A stretch of 64,000 nucleotides of DNA from an uncultured Acidobacteriota bacterium (GCA_913043225.1 CAJWLU010000001.1:288001-352000); one strand, 5' to 3'. Positions 20,338 to 30,723 are shown, counted from the first letter of the stretch. The notes: generated by a model from the letters alone, not told the origin. Numbers and translations are program-made.

Positions 20338-20904
20338 ATGAACCCGCAGTCCAGGAGTACACGACCGGCCCTCATGGCCCTACTGTCCGCCCTTGCCATC
20401 TGGCTGGGCGGCGGCGCCTATGTAATGCTCGGGGCGCAGCCGGAAGCACCGGAGGAGCCGCCCAGCGCCGAGACCGAAACGGTGGCCGATGCCACCGAGC
20501 AACCGATCGCCTTCAGTCACGAGCACCACGTCACCGAGATAGGCATCGAGTGCCAGTTCTGTCACGCCTACGCACGGCGAGGACCGGTCGCCGGGATCCC
20601 GCCGGTGCAGACGTGCGCTGGCTGTCACGAGGTTGTGCTGAACGAAGAACCAGAGATCCTCAAGGTCCTCGACTACTGGGAGAACGAGGAACCGATCCCT
20701 TGGGTGCGGGTACACAACCTCCCGGACTATGTGCGGTTCTCACACAAACCCCATATCCGCGCCGGCGTGAACTGCGCCGACTGCCATGGCGACGTGGGGT
20801 CGATGGAGGCGGCGGTGCAGGTCGAATCGCTCAGTATGGGCTGGTGCGTCACCTGTCACGAAGAGCAAGACGCCAACAAGGATTGCCTGGTGTGCCACTA
20901 CTGA
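20338..20904 (+). CDS. actA: alternative complex III pentaheme cytochrome c subunit
   Basis: N-terminal anchor; QPIAFSHEHH; five CxxCH motifs (CQFCH, CAGCH, CADCH, CVTCH, CLVCH); WVRVHNLPDYVRFSH; SMGWC. Confidence 0.93.
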   Translation: MNPQSRSTRPALMALLSALAIWLGGGAYVMLGAQPEAPEEPPSAETETVADATEQPIAFSHEHHVTEIGIECQFCHAYARRGPVAGIPPVQTCAGCHEVVLNEEPEILKVLDYWENEEPIPWVRVHNLPDYVRFSHKPHIRAGVNCADCHGDVGSMEAAVQVESLSMGWCVTCHEEQDANKDCLVCHY

Positions 20905-20971
20905 CCTGTCGACCGACCGGTTGGGTGCACGACATCAGGATGCGCGGATGGGCCGCGCGGGGAAGGACTCC

Positions 20972-23900
20972 TTGAACAAGGGCAACGACAGTCTGATCGA
21001 GGTCGTCGAACGGCGGACGTTCCTAAAGGTCCTTGGCAGTGCCGGACCAGCCGCGGCGGTAGCGGCCTGCTCGCCGGTCCCGCCCGAAAAGATCATCCCC
21101 ATGGTGGTGCCGCCCGAGGACGTCATCCCCGGGATCGCGACCTGGTACGCCTCGGTCTGCGGCGAGTGCCCGTCGGGGTGCGGGATCCAGGTGCGGACCC
21201 GGGAGGGTCGCGCGGTCAAGATCGAGGGCAACCCCGAGCACCCCGTCAATCAGGGTGGTCTGTGCATCCGGGGCCAGTCGTCGCTGCAAGGACACTACAA
21301 CCCCGACCGGATTGCGGGACCGCAGGCGCGCCGGGTGACCAACGAGGCGGCGGGTCAGAGCGTCCTGGAGCCGACAACCTGGGAAGAGGGGCAGCAGGCG
21401 CTCGTCGATCGTCTGCAGGCGCTCCGGGACGCCGGTCAGGGAGATCGGGTGGCGCTCATCACCCCACCCCTCACCGGCACGATGGCCTCGCTGCTCGACA
21501 CCTGGGCCTCGGTGGCTGGCGGCGTCCGCTGGGTGCAGTACGAACCGTTCGGCTACGAGGCGGTCCGCGACGCGCATCAGCGGCTGTTCGGTCGTGCGGA
21601 ACTCCCCCACTACGATTTCAGCCGTCCGGACCTGGTCATCTCCTTCGGCACTGATTTCCTGGAGACCTTCGGTTCGCCGGTGGGCTACGCCAAGGCGCAC
21701 GCCAACCGCCGCCGGCTCGACGGCGGCGACGCGGCGCGGTTCGTCCAGATCGAGTCGCGGTTCTCGATGACCGGCTCGAACGCCGACGCCTGGCATGCGG
21801 TCACGCCCGGCACCGAGGGGCTGATCGCCGCCGCGATGGTGCAGACGATACTGGCCGAAGACCGCGCCCAGGGCATCGCCCCAGAGGCACTGACGCAGAT
21901 CGGCGATCTCGTCGCCGAGACCACGCCGGAAAGCGCGGCCGCCGCCAGCGGTCTGTCGGCCGACACCATTCGCGAGCTCGCGCGCGAGTTCTCGGATTCG
22001 GCCACCGGCGCCGGACGCAGCCTCGCGGTTGGCGGCGGCGTCGGCGCCTCGGGCGAGACCGGTGCGGACGGACAACTGGCCATCACCTTGCTGAACTACG
22101 TGGCGGGCAACATCGGGGAAACGGTCGACTTCGACCGCGCCTCCACGCTGGGTTCGTCGACCTACGCCGACATGGTCGAGCTGGGCGACGCGATGCGATC
22201 GGGCGACATCGAGCTGGCCATCGTCGTCAACACCAACCCCGTGTTCGCGATGCCGGCCGCAGCCGACTTCGGCGGCGCCCTGGCGGCGGTGCCCTACGTG
22301 GTCAGCCTGTCGACGCTGCCCGACGAAACGTCGGCGCTCGCGGATCTACTGCTGCCGACCCATAGCTCGCTGGAGTCCTGGGGCGACAGCCACCCACGCC
22401 AGGGCGTCTGGGGACTGATGCAGCCGGTGATGCAACCGGTGTTCGACACCCGGCCGCTTGGCGATCTGCTGCTCGACGTGGGTCGAGCGCTCGGTCCGCT
22501 CGACGCCGAGGACGAAAACGCGCCGGCGTTGCCGGCACGGGGCGACTTCTACCGGTATCTGCGGGACGCGTGGGAAGCCCGTATGCCGGTACCGGAGTCG
22601 GACCCCGACGACGAAGAAGCCGAGGCAGAGGCGCCCGACTTCGAGGAATACTGGGAAGCGGCGCTCCGTCGCGGCGGCGTTACGACGCCGGTCGCCTCGA
22701 ACCCGGTCGAGCTCGACCCGACCCTCTTCGAGACGCCACTTTCGGGCCTGTCTCCCGAGTCCACCTCTCGCGCCTTGCGTCTGGTGGCGTACCCGTCCCT
22801 CCACTTCTTTGACGGACGTGGCGCCAACAGGCCCTGGCTACAGGAGATCCCTGAACCGCTGCTCAAGACCACCTGGGGCACCGGGCTCGAGATGACCCCG
22901 GCCACCGCCGAAGGCCTCGGCGCCGACGAGGGCCAGCTGGTGTCGGTCGAGTCCGACCACGGTCAGGTCGATGCGAGCGTCATCCTCAATCCGCATCTCG
23001 CCGACGGCGTGGTCGCCATGGCCATCGGCCAGGGCCACACCAACTTCGGCCGCTACGCCACCGACCGTGGCGTCAGTCCGATGACGATTCTCGCCGCCGC
23101 TCCGGCGCCCGGCGGCGGACCGCGCTGGACCGGAACGGGCGTCGACGTCGCGACGCGAGACGTCGTCAGGCCGATCCCGCGGCTGCAGCGCACCTTCGAC
23201 CAGGAACACCGCGAGCTGGCGCAATCGGCCTCGCAGACGGCGCTCGACGCCGGCGAGGTCCACCCGGAAGAGCACCATTTTAGCCTGTACCCCGAGCACG
23301 AGCATCCCGTGCATCACTGGGGCATGGCGATCGACCTCGATGCCTGCAACGGCTGCAACGCCTGCGTTGCCGCCTGCTACTCCGAGAACAACATCCCGGT
23401 CATGGGCGCCGATCGGATGCGCCGCGGCCGGACCATGTCGTGGCTTCGGATCGAACGCTTCGAGGAACCGCCCCTGGAAGGATCGTCGGGGCCGGACAAC
23501 CGGTTTCTCCCGATGCTCTGTCAGCAGTGCGACCACGCGCCGTGCGAAACGGTCTGCCCGGTGTATGCCACCTACCACACCGACGAAGGCTTGAACGCGC
23601 AGGTCTACAACCGCTGCGTCGGCACCCGGTACTGCGCGAACAACTGCCCCTACAAGGTGCGCCGGTTCAACTGGTTCATGCCGGAATTCGAGTCGCCGCT
23701 CAACCTCCAGCTCAACCCGGACGTGACCGGCCGCAGCGACGGCGTCATGGAGAAGTGCACGTTCTGCGTGCAGCGGATCGCCGACGGGAAGGAAGCCGCC
23801 AAGGACGAAGAACGGCCGGTCCGGGACGGCGACATCTCGCCCGCCTGTGCGCAGAGTTGCCCGGCCGAGGCGATCGTGTTCGGCGACATGAACGACCCGT

Positions 23901-24010
23901 CCAGCCGGGTGACCGAGCTCGGCAATGACAATCGCGCGTATCACGCCCTGGCCGAGTTCAACACCCGACCAGCGGTGACGTACCTGAAGAAGGTGACCCG
24001 GGACGCATGA
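20972..24010 (+). CDS. actB: alternative complex III molybdopterin-oxidoreductase-like/Fe-S fusion subunit
   Basis: Tat motif ERRTFLK with lipobox-like AVAAC; KIEGNPEHP; C-terminal ferredoxin Cys groups (CNGCNACVAAC, CQQCDHAPCETVCP, CVGTRYCANNCP, CTFC...CAQSCP). TTG 20972 follows SD GGAAGGA. Confidence 0.92.
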   Translation: MNKGNDSLIEVVERRTFLKVLGSAGPAAAVAACSPVPPEKIIPMVVPPEDVIPGIATWYASVCGECPSGCGIQVRTREGRAVKIEGNPEHPVNQGGLCIRGQSSLQGHYNPDRIAGPQARRVTNEAAGQSVLEPTTWEEGQQALVDRLQALRDAGQGDRVALITPPLTGTMASLLDTWASVAGGVRWVQYEPFGYEAVRDAHQRLFGRAELPHYDFSRPDLVISFGTDFLETFGSPVGYAKAHANRRRLDGGDAARFVQIESRFSMTGSNADAWHAVTPGTEGLIAAAMVQTILAEDRAQGIAPEALTQIGDLVAETTPESAAAASGLSADTIRELAREFSDSATGAGRSLAVGGGVGASGETGADGQLAITLLNYVAGNIGETVDFDRASTLGSSTYADMVELGDAMRSGDIELAIVVNTNPVFAMPAAADFGGALAAVPYVVSLSTLPDETSALADLLLPTHSSLESWGDSHPRQGVWGLMQPVMQPVFDTRPLGDLLLDVGRALGPLDAEDENAPALPARGDFYRYLRDAWEARMPVPESDPDDEEAEAEAPDFEEYWEAALRRGGVTTPVASNPVELDPTLFETPLSGLSPESTSRALRLVAYPSLHFFDGRGANRPWLQEIPEPLLKTTWGTGLEMTPATAEGLGADEGQLVSVESDHGQVDASVILNPHLADGVVAMAIGQGHTNFGRYATDRGVSPMTILAAAPAPGGGPRWTGTGVDVATRDVVRPIPRLQRTFDQEHRELAQSASQTALDAGEVHPEEHHFSLYPEHEHPVHHWGMAIDLDACNGCNACVAACYSENNIPVMGADRMRRGRTMSWLRIERFEEPPLEGSSGPDNRFLPMLCQQCDHAPCETVCPVYATYHTDEGLNAQVYNRCVGTRYCANNCPYKVRRFNWFMPEFESPLNLQLNPDVTGRSDGVMEKCTFCVQRIADGKEAAKDEERPVRDGDISPACAQSCPAEAIVFGDMNDPSSRVTELGNDNRAYHALAEFNTRPAVTYLKKVTRDA

Positions 24011-25326
24011 GCTTCTCGAAGATCAACGACGACATCCTGCGGACGCTGCACGCGCCAGGGCGGTGGTGGTATGTCGGGCTCCTCGCGGCGCTCTCCGCCC
24101 TGTCGTTCGGCGCCTACGCGTTCATGATCCAGGCCACGACCGGCCTGGGAGTCGCCGGTTACGAGCACCCGATCCTCTGGGGCATCTACATCACCGACTT
24201 CGTCTTCTGGGTCGGGATCGCACATTCGGGCACGCTGATCTCGGCGGTGCTGTTCCTGTTCCGGGCCAGATGGCGAACCGCGGTGGCGCGCGCATCGGAG
24301 GCGATGACCGTCTTCGCGGTGTGCACCGCGGGGCTCTTCCCGATCATCCACATCGGTCGCCCGTGGTTCTTCTACTGGCTCATCCCGTATCCGAACGAAC
24401 GTCAGCTCTGGGTCAACTTCCGGTCGCCGCTGGTGTGGGACGTCTTCGCCATCACGACGTATCTGACCGTCAGCGCGATGTTCCTGTATCTGGGCCTGAT
24501 GCCGGACATCGCGGCGGCCCGAGACAAGATCAAGGACTGGCGTCGACCGATCTACAAGCTGCTGTCGTTCGGCTGGCTCGGCACGAGCAAGCAGTGGCGC
24601 CATTACACAGCGCTCTACGGGTTCTTCGCCGCGCTGGCGACGCCGCTCGTCATCTCGGTCCACAGCGTCGTCTCGTGGGACTTCGCGGTGTCGATCCTGC
24701 CGGGCTGGCATAGCACCATCTTCGCGCCCTACTTCGTGGCCGGCGCCATCTTCTCCGGTCTCGCCATGGTGATCACCCTGCTTGTCCCCATGCGCAAGAT
24801 CTTCAAGCTCGAGAGCTACATCACCGTCCATCACTTCGAGAACCTCGCGAAGCTGATGCTGACCACCTCGCTCATCGTCGGCTATGCCTACATGGTCGAG
24901 TTCTTCGTCGCGTGGTACAGCGGCAGCCGGTTCGAGCAGGGCACCTTCTACGACCGGATGTTCGGCCAGTACTGGGCCTACAGCTGGATGATGTTCTTCT
25001 GTAACGTCATCCTGCCGCTGAGCCTGTTCTTCAAGGCGGTCCGCGGCAATCTGGCGCCCCTGTTCATCGTGTCGATCTTCGTGAACATCGGCATGTGGCT
25101 CGAACGCTACGTCATCATCGTGACCTCGCTGTCACACGACTTCGACCCGGCCAACTGGGCCGGCGTCTATCAGCCGACCTGGATCGAGGGCGCGATCACG
25201 ATCGGGTCCTTCGGCATGTTCTTCACCCTGTTCCTGCTGTTCGTGAAGAACTTCCCGGCGGTCTCCATCACCGAGATGAAGGAAGCGGAAACGCTGGACC
25301 GACCGCACGAGGCCACCTCGGCCTGA
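24007..25326 (+). CDS. actC: alternative complex III NrfD/PsrC-type quinol-site membrane subunit
   Basis: Motifs FVFWVGIAHSGTLISA, IIHIGRPW, FRSPLVWDV, VHSVVSWDF, GWHSTIFAPYFVAGAIFSG. Confidence 0.95.
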   Translation: MSFSKINDDILRTLHAPGRWWYVGLLAALSALSFGAYAFMIQATTGLGVAGYEHPILWGIYITDFVFWVGIAHSGTLISAVLFLFRARWRTAVARASEAMTVFAVCTAGLFPIIHIGRPWFFYWLIPYPNERQLWVNFRSPLVWDVFAITTYLTVSAMFLYLGLMPDIAAARDKIKDWRRPIYKLLSFGWLGTSKQWRHYTALYGFFAALATPLVISVHSVVSWDFAVSILPGWHSTIFAPYFVAGAIFSGLAMVITLLVPMRKIFKLESYITVHHFENLAKLMLTTSLIVGYAYMVEFFVAWYSGSRFEQGTFYDRMFGQYWAYSWMMFFCNVILPLSLFFKAVRGNLAPLFIVSIFVNIGMWLERYVIIVTSLSHDFDPANWAGVYQPTWIEGAITIGSFGMFFTLFLLFVKNFPAVSITEMKEAETLDRPHEATSA

Positions 25327-25335
25327 CGAGTGACC

Positions 25336-25839
25336 ATGGCGACTGAGGCAACGGTGCTCGGCATCTTCGACGACGGCAGGCCGGCCGCGAATGCGGCCAA
25401 GGCGCTGCGTGAGGCTGGGCTCGGACAGATCACGGCCTATTCACCCGTGCCCGACCACAACGTGGAGCACGCGATGCACGACTCGGTCAGCCCGGTCCGG
25501 ACATTCGTCCTGGTCGGCGGCCTCGTCGGCTGTTTTCTGGGTTTCGCGTTCCCGATCTACACCGTCCTCGACTGGCCGATGATCACGGGCGGCAAACCGC
25601 TCATCTCGATCCCCGCCTTCGTGGTGATCGCCTTCGAGCTGACCATCCTGATCGGCGCCATCAGCGGCATGCTGTCGTTCCTGGGCATGGCGGGGCTGCC
25701 CCGGTTGACTGGCCAACCGGCGCCAGACCCTAGCTTCACGAACGACAAGTTCGGGTTGAGCGTGGTCTGCGACGCCGGGCAGGCGGCCGCGGTGCGTGAG
25801 CAGCTCGAGCAGTATGGGGCTACCGAGATCCGGGAGTAG
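25336..25839 (+). CDS. actD: alternative complex III subunit D (DUF3341)
   Basis: Motifs AYSPVP, DWPMITGGKP, PAFVVIAFELTIL, DPSFTNDKF; position after actC. Confidence 0.92.
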   Translation: MATEATVLGIFDDGRPAANAAKALREAGLGQITAYSPVPDHNVEHAMHDSVSPVRTFVLVGGLVGCFLGFAFPIYTVLDWPMITGGKPLISIPAFVVIAFELTILIGAISGMLSFLGMAGLPRLTGQPAPDPSFTNDKFGLSVVCDAGQAAAVREQLEQYGATEIRE

Positions 25840-25841
25840 GC

Positions 25842-26363
25842 ATGACTGGAATGAGAGCGCTCGTCGGTCACGGACTCCGCGCGGGAATGCTCGTCGTCCT
25901 GGCGACCGCCATGGCCTCGGCGCAGCCGGCCATCATGCGAAACATGTGGGAAGGCCCGGTCGTGCTGCCCGGGACAGACCCGCGCGCCCCGGTTGAGGAC
26001 ACCATTGCCGTGGACGGGGTCCGTCTCCGCGACCGGATCGAATCGCAAGATCTTCCGAATCCGCTCGAGCCCACTCCTGACGTGCTGGCGGACGGAGAGC
26101 AACTCTACGGCACCTATTGCGCGGTGTGCCACGGCCAGGCCGGCCAGGGCGATGGCCAGATCGCCAGCCATTTTCGTCGGATGCCCGACCTGCGGCTGCC
26201 GCACATCCAAGAGAACTACACCGACGGCTGGATCTACGCCATCATCCGCGAGGGTGGCTTCAACATGCCTCCGCTCGCCTCACAGCTCAGCCCCGAGGAA
26301 CGGTGGGCGGTCGTGCTCTACGTGAAGTCGTTCGAGACCGTCCGGCCCCAGAGACGCCAATGA
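25842..26363 (+). CDS. actE: alternative complex III monoheme cytochrome c subunit E
   Basis: GEQLYGTYCAVCHG, distal MP, ERWAVVLYV; position after actD. Confidence 0.87.
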   Translation: MTGMRALVGHGLRAGMLVVLATAMASAQPAIMRNMWEGPVVLPGTDPRAPVEDTIAVDGVRLRDRIESQDLPNPLEPTPDVLADGEQLYGTYCAVCHGQAGQGDGQIASHFRRMPDLRLPHIQENYTDGWIYAIIREGGFNMPPLASQLSPEERWAVVLYVKSFETVRPQRRQ

Positions 26364-27604
26364 TCGCGGTCGGAACCCCCATCGTGCCCGACGGCACACG
26401 CCGTCTCTGTCTGGGCGCCGGCCTGGTCGGCGCCTTGTCGTTCGTGGCAGGACTGTTCATCGGCGACAGCATCCGGGCCTGGCAGTCGCTGCTGGTGAAT
26501 TTCCTGTTCTTCGGCGGATTGGCGCAGGCAGGCGTGGTCCTCTCGGCGATCATGCAGGTCACCTCCTCTCGTTGGGGGCGTGGTCTCAAGCGCACGGCGG
26601 AAGCCACCTCCGCGTTCTTCCCCATCTCGTTCGTGCTGCTCGTCGTGCTCCTGCTCGGCACGAGCGCGTGGATGCCCTGGGTGCACCATCCGGTCGAAGC
26701 GAAGACGCCGTGGCTCAACATCCCGTTCTTCGTGAGCCGGCAACTCGTCGGATTCTTCCTGCTCTCCGGACTGAGCGCCCTCTATGTCTACCGGTCGCTC
26801 CGGGCGGACATCGGTCAGCTCGATGAGTCGGCCGAGGTGAAGGCCACCGGCATCAGCCGACGCCTGATCGAGGGGTGGCAGGGAACCGACGCCGAGCGCG
26901 ACGCCTCACAACGGTCCCAGAGCCGGCTGGCCCCCGCGATCCTGATCGCCTACGGGTGGATCTTCACCCTAGTGGGTTTCGACTTCTTCATGTCGCTCGA
27001 ACCGCACTGGTTCTCCACTCTGGCTGGCGGCTACTACTTCATCGGCAATCTCTTCATCGGGATCGCGTTCCTCAGCGTGATCGCCGTGTGGTCGCGCGAC
27101 AAGCTACAGCTGGCCCACTACATCGGCTCGCATCAGCTCCACGACATCGGGAAGCTCCTGTTCGGCTTCTGTATTCTGTGGGCATACATGTTCTGGTCGC
27201 AGTATCTCGTCATCTGGTACGGCGACCTGGCCGAAGAGACCGAGTTCATCTATCACCGCATGCACGGCGCCTGGGCGCCGGTCGCCTGGATCGTGTTCGC
27301 GATGGCGTTCGTCATCCCGTTCGTGGTGCTCCTGAGCCGGGCGGTCAAGACGAATGCCCGTGGCCTGACCATCATCGCGCTCGTGGCCTTCGTCGGGATG
27401 TGGCTCGAGCGGTTCATTCTGGTGTCACCGTCTCTCTGGCAGGGTGACGGCGTTCCCCTCGGTCTGGTCGAGTTGCTGGTCACGGTTGGCGTCGGCGGGT
27501 TGTTCGCCTGGTGCTACCTGACCTTCCTGCAGACGTTCCCGGTAATCCCGGTGGCCGATCCCCGATTGGAACCAGCCTCCGCACATCCCAACGCTCACCA
27601 TTGA
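26360..27604 (+). CDS. actF: alternative complex III membrane subunit F
   Basis: Motifs DFFMSLEPHWFST, HDIGKLLFGF, YMFWSQYLVIWYG; about 10 TM segments. ATGA overlap at 26360; the ORF-track start 26117 is too far upstream. Confidence 0.9.
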   Translation: MIAVGTPIVPDGTRRLCLGAGLVGALSFVAGLFIGDSIRAWQSLLVNFLFFGGLAQAGVVLSAIMQVTSSRWGRGLKRTAEATSAFFPISFVLLVVLLLGTSAWMPWVHHPVEAKTPWLNIPFFVSRQLVGFFLLSGLSALYVYRSLRADIGQLDESAEVKATGISRRLIEGWQGTDAERDASQRSQSRLAPAILIAYGWIFTLVGFDFFMSLEPHWFSTLAGGYYFIGNLFIGIAFLSVIAVWSRDKLQLAHYIGSHQLHDIGKLLFGFCILWAYMFWSQYLVIWYGDLAEETEFIYHRMHGAWAPVAWIVFAMAFVIPFVVLLSRAVKTNARGLTIIALVAFVGMWLERFILVSPSLWQGDGVPLGLVELLVTVGVGGLFAWCYLTFLQTFPVIPVADPRLEPASAHPNAHH

Positions 27605-27616
27605 CGGGGATCCTCG

Positions 27617-28312
27617 ATGGCTCGCACTCACGAGTTCATCACGGGGCCCGATTCGGGTTCCGCTCCGTTCACGAAAGAGTGGCGGGTCCGGCGCCGTTTT
27701 GACCGGCGCCTGCGTCTCCTCGGTATTCCGGAGGATCTGACTGGCTGGAGCGTCCTGGATGTCGGAGCCTGGCACGGCTACTTCTCGTTCGAATGTGAAC
27801 GCCGTGGTGCCGACCGGGTCCTCGCCGTCGATCGGTTCGCATGGGACAAGTTCGGGATGGACGAGTTCCTGGCGGCACACGAGCGCTATCAGTCGCGGGT
27901 CGAATACCAGCACCTGGATGCCCACGAGCTCGACGTGGACCAGATCGGGAAGTTCGATTTGGTGCTAGTGCTCGGAGTGTTCTACCATCTGCGCAACCCG
28001 GTGGCGGCGCTGGAGCGGATGGCTCGACTGACCCGTCGCTTGCTCATCTGCGAGACTCACGTGCTGCTGCCGTTCATCCACGAACGCTATCCTCTGGTCC
28101 CGTTTTTTCCGGGCGACGAGCGGACGGACGAACAGACCTACGATCTTTGCGGCATCCCGACAATGACCGCGTTAACCGAGATGCTCCGCTTCTCCGGATT
28201 CAATGAAGTGGATATCCGCTACCGGCCATCGTTTCGCTACTGGAAGAAGCTGATGGCGCTCGTAACGATGCGACCGCAGTCGGGACGTGGCATCGTGCAT
28301 GCGAGACCCTAG
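27617..28312 (+). CDS. class I SAM-dependent methyltransferase (DUF1698/CmoB-like)
   Basis: Motifs VLDVGAWHGYFSF and FDLVLVLGVFYHLRNP. Confidence 0.85.
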   Translation: MARTHEFITGPDSGSAPFTKEWRVRRRFDRRLRLLGIPEDLTGWSVLDVGAWHGYFSFECERRGADRVLAVDRFAWDKFGMDEFLAAHERYQSRVEYQHLDAHELDVDQIGKFDLVLVLGVFYHLRNPVAALERMARLTRRLLICETHVLLPFIHERYPLVPFFPGDERTDEQTYDLCGIPTMTALTEMLRFSGFNEVDIRYRPSFRYWKKLMALVTMRPQSGRGIVHARP

Positions 28313-28419
28313 AACTGCACTCCAAGGAAACAGGTGTCAGCAGGAAACCGGTGGGCTTCGCCGGCTGACGATTTATACGCACCCCCCCTGCGACCAGGCG
28401 GGATGAAAGAGAGGACGAC

Positions 28420-29325
28420 ATGAACATTGCGGTGATCGGGATGGGGACCATGGGCGCCCCGATGGCACGGAATCTGTTGAAGGCAGGCCACAGCGTGGTG
28501 GTGCACAACCGCACCCGCGAGCGCGAGGAACCGCTGGTGGCTGACGGCGCGTCCCGGGCAGACACGCCGGCCGCTGCGGCCTCCGGCGTCGAAGTCGTCC
28601 TAACCTGTGTTTCCGATACGCCCGATGTGCAGCGGGTGCTGCTCGACCCAAAGATCGGCGTAATCAATGGTCTGACCAGCGGCTCGCTCATCATTGACTG
28701 CTCATCGATCGCACCCGCCGCCACCCGCGAAATTGCGGCGACGTTCGCCGACAAGGGCATCGGCTTTGTCGACGCCCCCGTATCCGGCGGTTCCGAAGGC
28801 GCGATCAAGGGCACCCTGGCCATTATGTGCGGCGGCACCGTGGACAACTTCGCACGCGCCACCCCGCTGCTCGAGGTACTGGGCTCGAAGGTTACCCACA
28901 TCGGCGACGTCGGCGCTGGCCAGGTCGCCAAAGTCGCCAACCAAATCGTTATTGCCGGCACCTATCTGGCCCTCGGTGAAGCACTGACGCTCGCCGCCAA
29001 AGCGGGCGCGGATCCGCAGAAGGTCGTCGAAGCGATCGGTGGTGGAGTGGCCGGCTCGTGGATCATGCAGAACCGGTCAAGCAACGTCCTCAACGACACC
29101 TATCCGCTCGGCTTCCGTACCAGGCTCCATCGCAAGGATCTCGGCATCGCCCTCGATACGGCGCGCACATTCGAGGTGCCGGTGCCCGTCGCTAGCCTGG
29201 TCGCCACCATCGAGGACGGTCTGATTGCTCAGGGACTCGGTGACGAAGATATGTCCAACCTGGCCAGATTCATTCGACGCGGCGCCGGCGTACCGGACGG
29301 CCCGCTCTCTGCCGGCGACTCGTAG
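28420..29325 (+). CDS. beta-hydroxyacid dehydrogenase (3-hydroxyisobutyrate dehydrogenase/tartronate semialdehyde reductase family)
   Basis: GMGTMG, DAPVSGG, catalytic K in KVANQ, KDL. Confidence 0.92.
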   Translation: MNIAVIGMGTMGAPMARNLLKAGHSVVVHNRTREREEPLVADGASRADTPAAAASGVEVVLTCVSDTPDVQRVLLDPKIGVINGLTSGSLIIDCSSIAPAATREIAATFADKGIGFVDAPVSGGSEGAIKGTLAIMCGGTVDNFARATPLLEVLGSKVTHIGDVGAGQVAKVANQIVIAGTYLALGEALTLAAKAGADPQKVVEAIGGGVAGSWIMQNRSSNVLNDTYPLGFRTRLHRKDLGIALDTARTFEVPVPVASLVATIEDGLIAQGLGDEDMSNLARFIRRGAGVPDGPLSAGDS

Positions 29326-29338
29326 CACGGACAACGAC

Positions 29339-30040
29339 ATGCGTAGGAAGGTATATCCAAGCTCCGCCGCCGCCCTCGACGGGTTGCTCAATGACGGCCT
29401 GACCCTGATGGTCGGAGGATTCGGACTCTGCGGGGTGCCGCAGAGCCTCGTCCGGGCGCTTAGAGATTCGGGCGTCAGGGCGCTCACCTGCATCAGTAAC
29501 AACGCGGGCATCGACGGCGATGGTCTCGGGCTGCTGCTTGAAACCAGACAGATCGACAAGATGATTGCCAGCTACGTCGGCGAAAACAAGCTGTTCGAAA
29601 AGCAGTTCCTCGACGGTATTCTCGAGGTCGAGCTGAATCCGCAAGGCACGCTCGCCGAGCGAATACGGGCCGGTGGCGCTGGTATCGCGGCGTTCTTCAC
29701 CCCGACCGGCTATGGCACGCCACTGACCGAGGGCAAGGAGGCCCGGAAGTTCGACGGGAAGCCCTACGTGCTGGAAACCGCGCTCCATGCCGACGTCTCG
29801 CTGGTGAAGGCCTGGCAGGCAGACGAGGAGGGCAACCTGGTCTACCGGATGACCGCGCGGAACTTCAACCCACCGATGGCCGAAGCCGGTGCGGTGACGG
29901 TGGCGGAAGTCGAAGAAATCGTACCCGTAGGCGAGATCGACCCGCACCACGTGCACACCCCAGGAATCTACGTCGACCGGATCGTGGTAGGCGAGTACAC
30001 CGAGAAGAGCATCGAGCGTCGCACGACGCGCGAAGGATAG
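29339..30040 (+). CDS. scoA: 3-oxoacid CoA-transferase subunit A
   Basis: Motifs [33 protein letters not shown]. Start ATG 29339. Confidence 0.93.
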   Translation: MRRKVYPSSAAALDGLLNDGLTLMVGGFGLCGVPQSLVRALRDSGVRALTCISNNAGIDGDGLGLLLETRQIDKMIASYVGENKLFEKQFLDGILEVELNPQGTLAERIRAGGAGIAAFFTPTGYGTPLTEGKEARKFDGKPYVLETALHADVSLVKAWQADEEGNLVYRMTARNFNPPMAEAGAVTVAEVEEIVPVGEIDPHHVHTPGIYVDRIVVGEYTEKSIERRTTREG

Positions 30041-30044
30041 CAGC

Positions 30045-30701
30045 ATGGCCCTGACCCGTGAGGAGATGGCGGCCCGCGCCGCCCAGGAGATCAAGGACGG
30101 CTTCTACGTCAACCTCGGCATCGGCATCCCCACGCTGTGCGCGAACTACATTCAGGACGGCGTCGATGTAAAGTTGCAGAGTGAGAACGGCCTGCTGGGG
30201 ATCGGCCCCTACCCCACCGAGGCGGAGATTGACGCGGATCTCATCAACGCCGGCAAGGAAACGGTGACCACGGTACCCGGGGCGAGCTTCTTCAGCAGCG
30301 CGCAGAGCTTTGCCATGATCCGGGGAGGCCACATCGACCTGGCGATCCTCGGCGCGATGCAGGTGTCGCGCACGGGAGATCTGGCCAACTGGATGATTCC
30401 GGGCGCGGTCGTTAAAGGCCCCGGAGGGGCCATGGATCTGGTGAGCGGTGCCAAGCAGGTGCTGATCGTCATGGATCACCTGTCGAAGCGCGGCGACAAG
30501 AAGATCCTCAATGAATGCAGCCTGCCGCTGACCGGCAAGCAAGTGGTCAATAAAGTGATCACGTCCCTGGCCGTGATCGGGGTAACCAGCGACGGCCTCA
30601 GGCTGCTGGAACGTGCGCCTGGCGTCGAGGTTGACGAAATACGCGCCGCAACCGAACCCGCACTCCTCACACACGGAGACATCCCAGAGATTAGCGTCTA
30701 G
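30045..30701 (+). CDS. scoB: 3-oxoacid CoA-transferase subunit B
   Basis: VNLGIGIP, catalytic SENG, GGAMDL. Confidence 0.93.
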   Translation: MALTREEMAARAAQEIKDGFYVNLGIGIPTLCANYIQDGVDVKLQSENGLLGIGPYPTEAEIDADLINAGKETVTTVPGASFFSSAQSFAMIRGGHIDLAILGAMQVSRTGDLANWMIPGAVVKGPGGAMDLVSGAKQVLIVMDHLSKRGDKKILNECSLPLTGKQVVNKVITSLAVIGVTSDGLRLLERAPGVEVDEIRAATEPALLTHGDIPEISV

Positions 30702-30723
30702 TGGTATCGGTGTTGTAGCACGG

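Noticed and set aside
20786..20971. N-terminal extension of ActB in the ORF track
   Set aside because: It overlaps actA; the SD, TTG 20972 and Tat motif indicate the later start.
26117..26359. N-terminal extension of ActF
   Set aside because: It overlaps actE in another frame; ATGA coupling at 26360 is the more plausible start.
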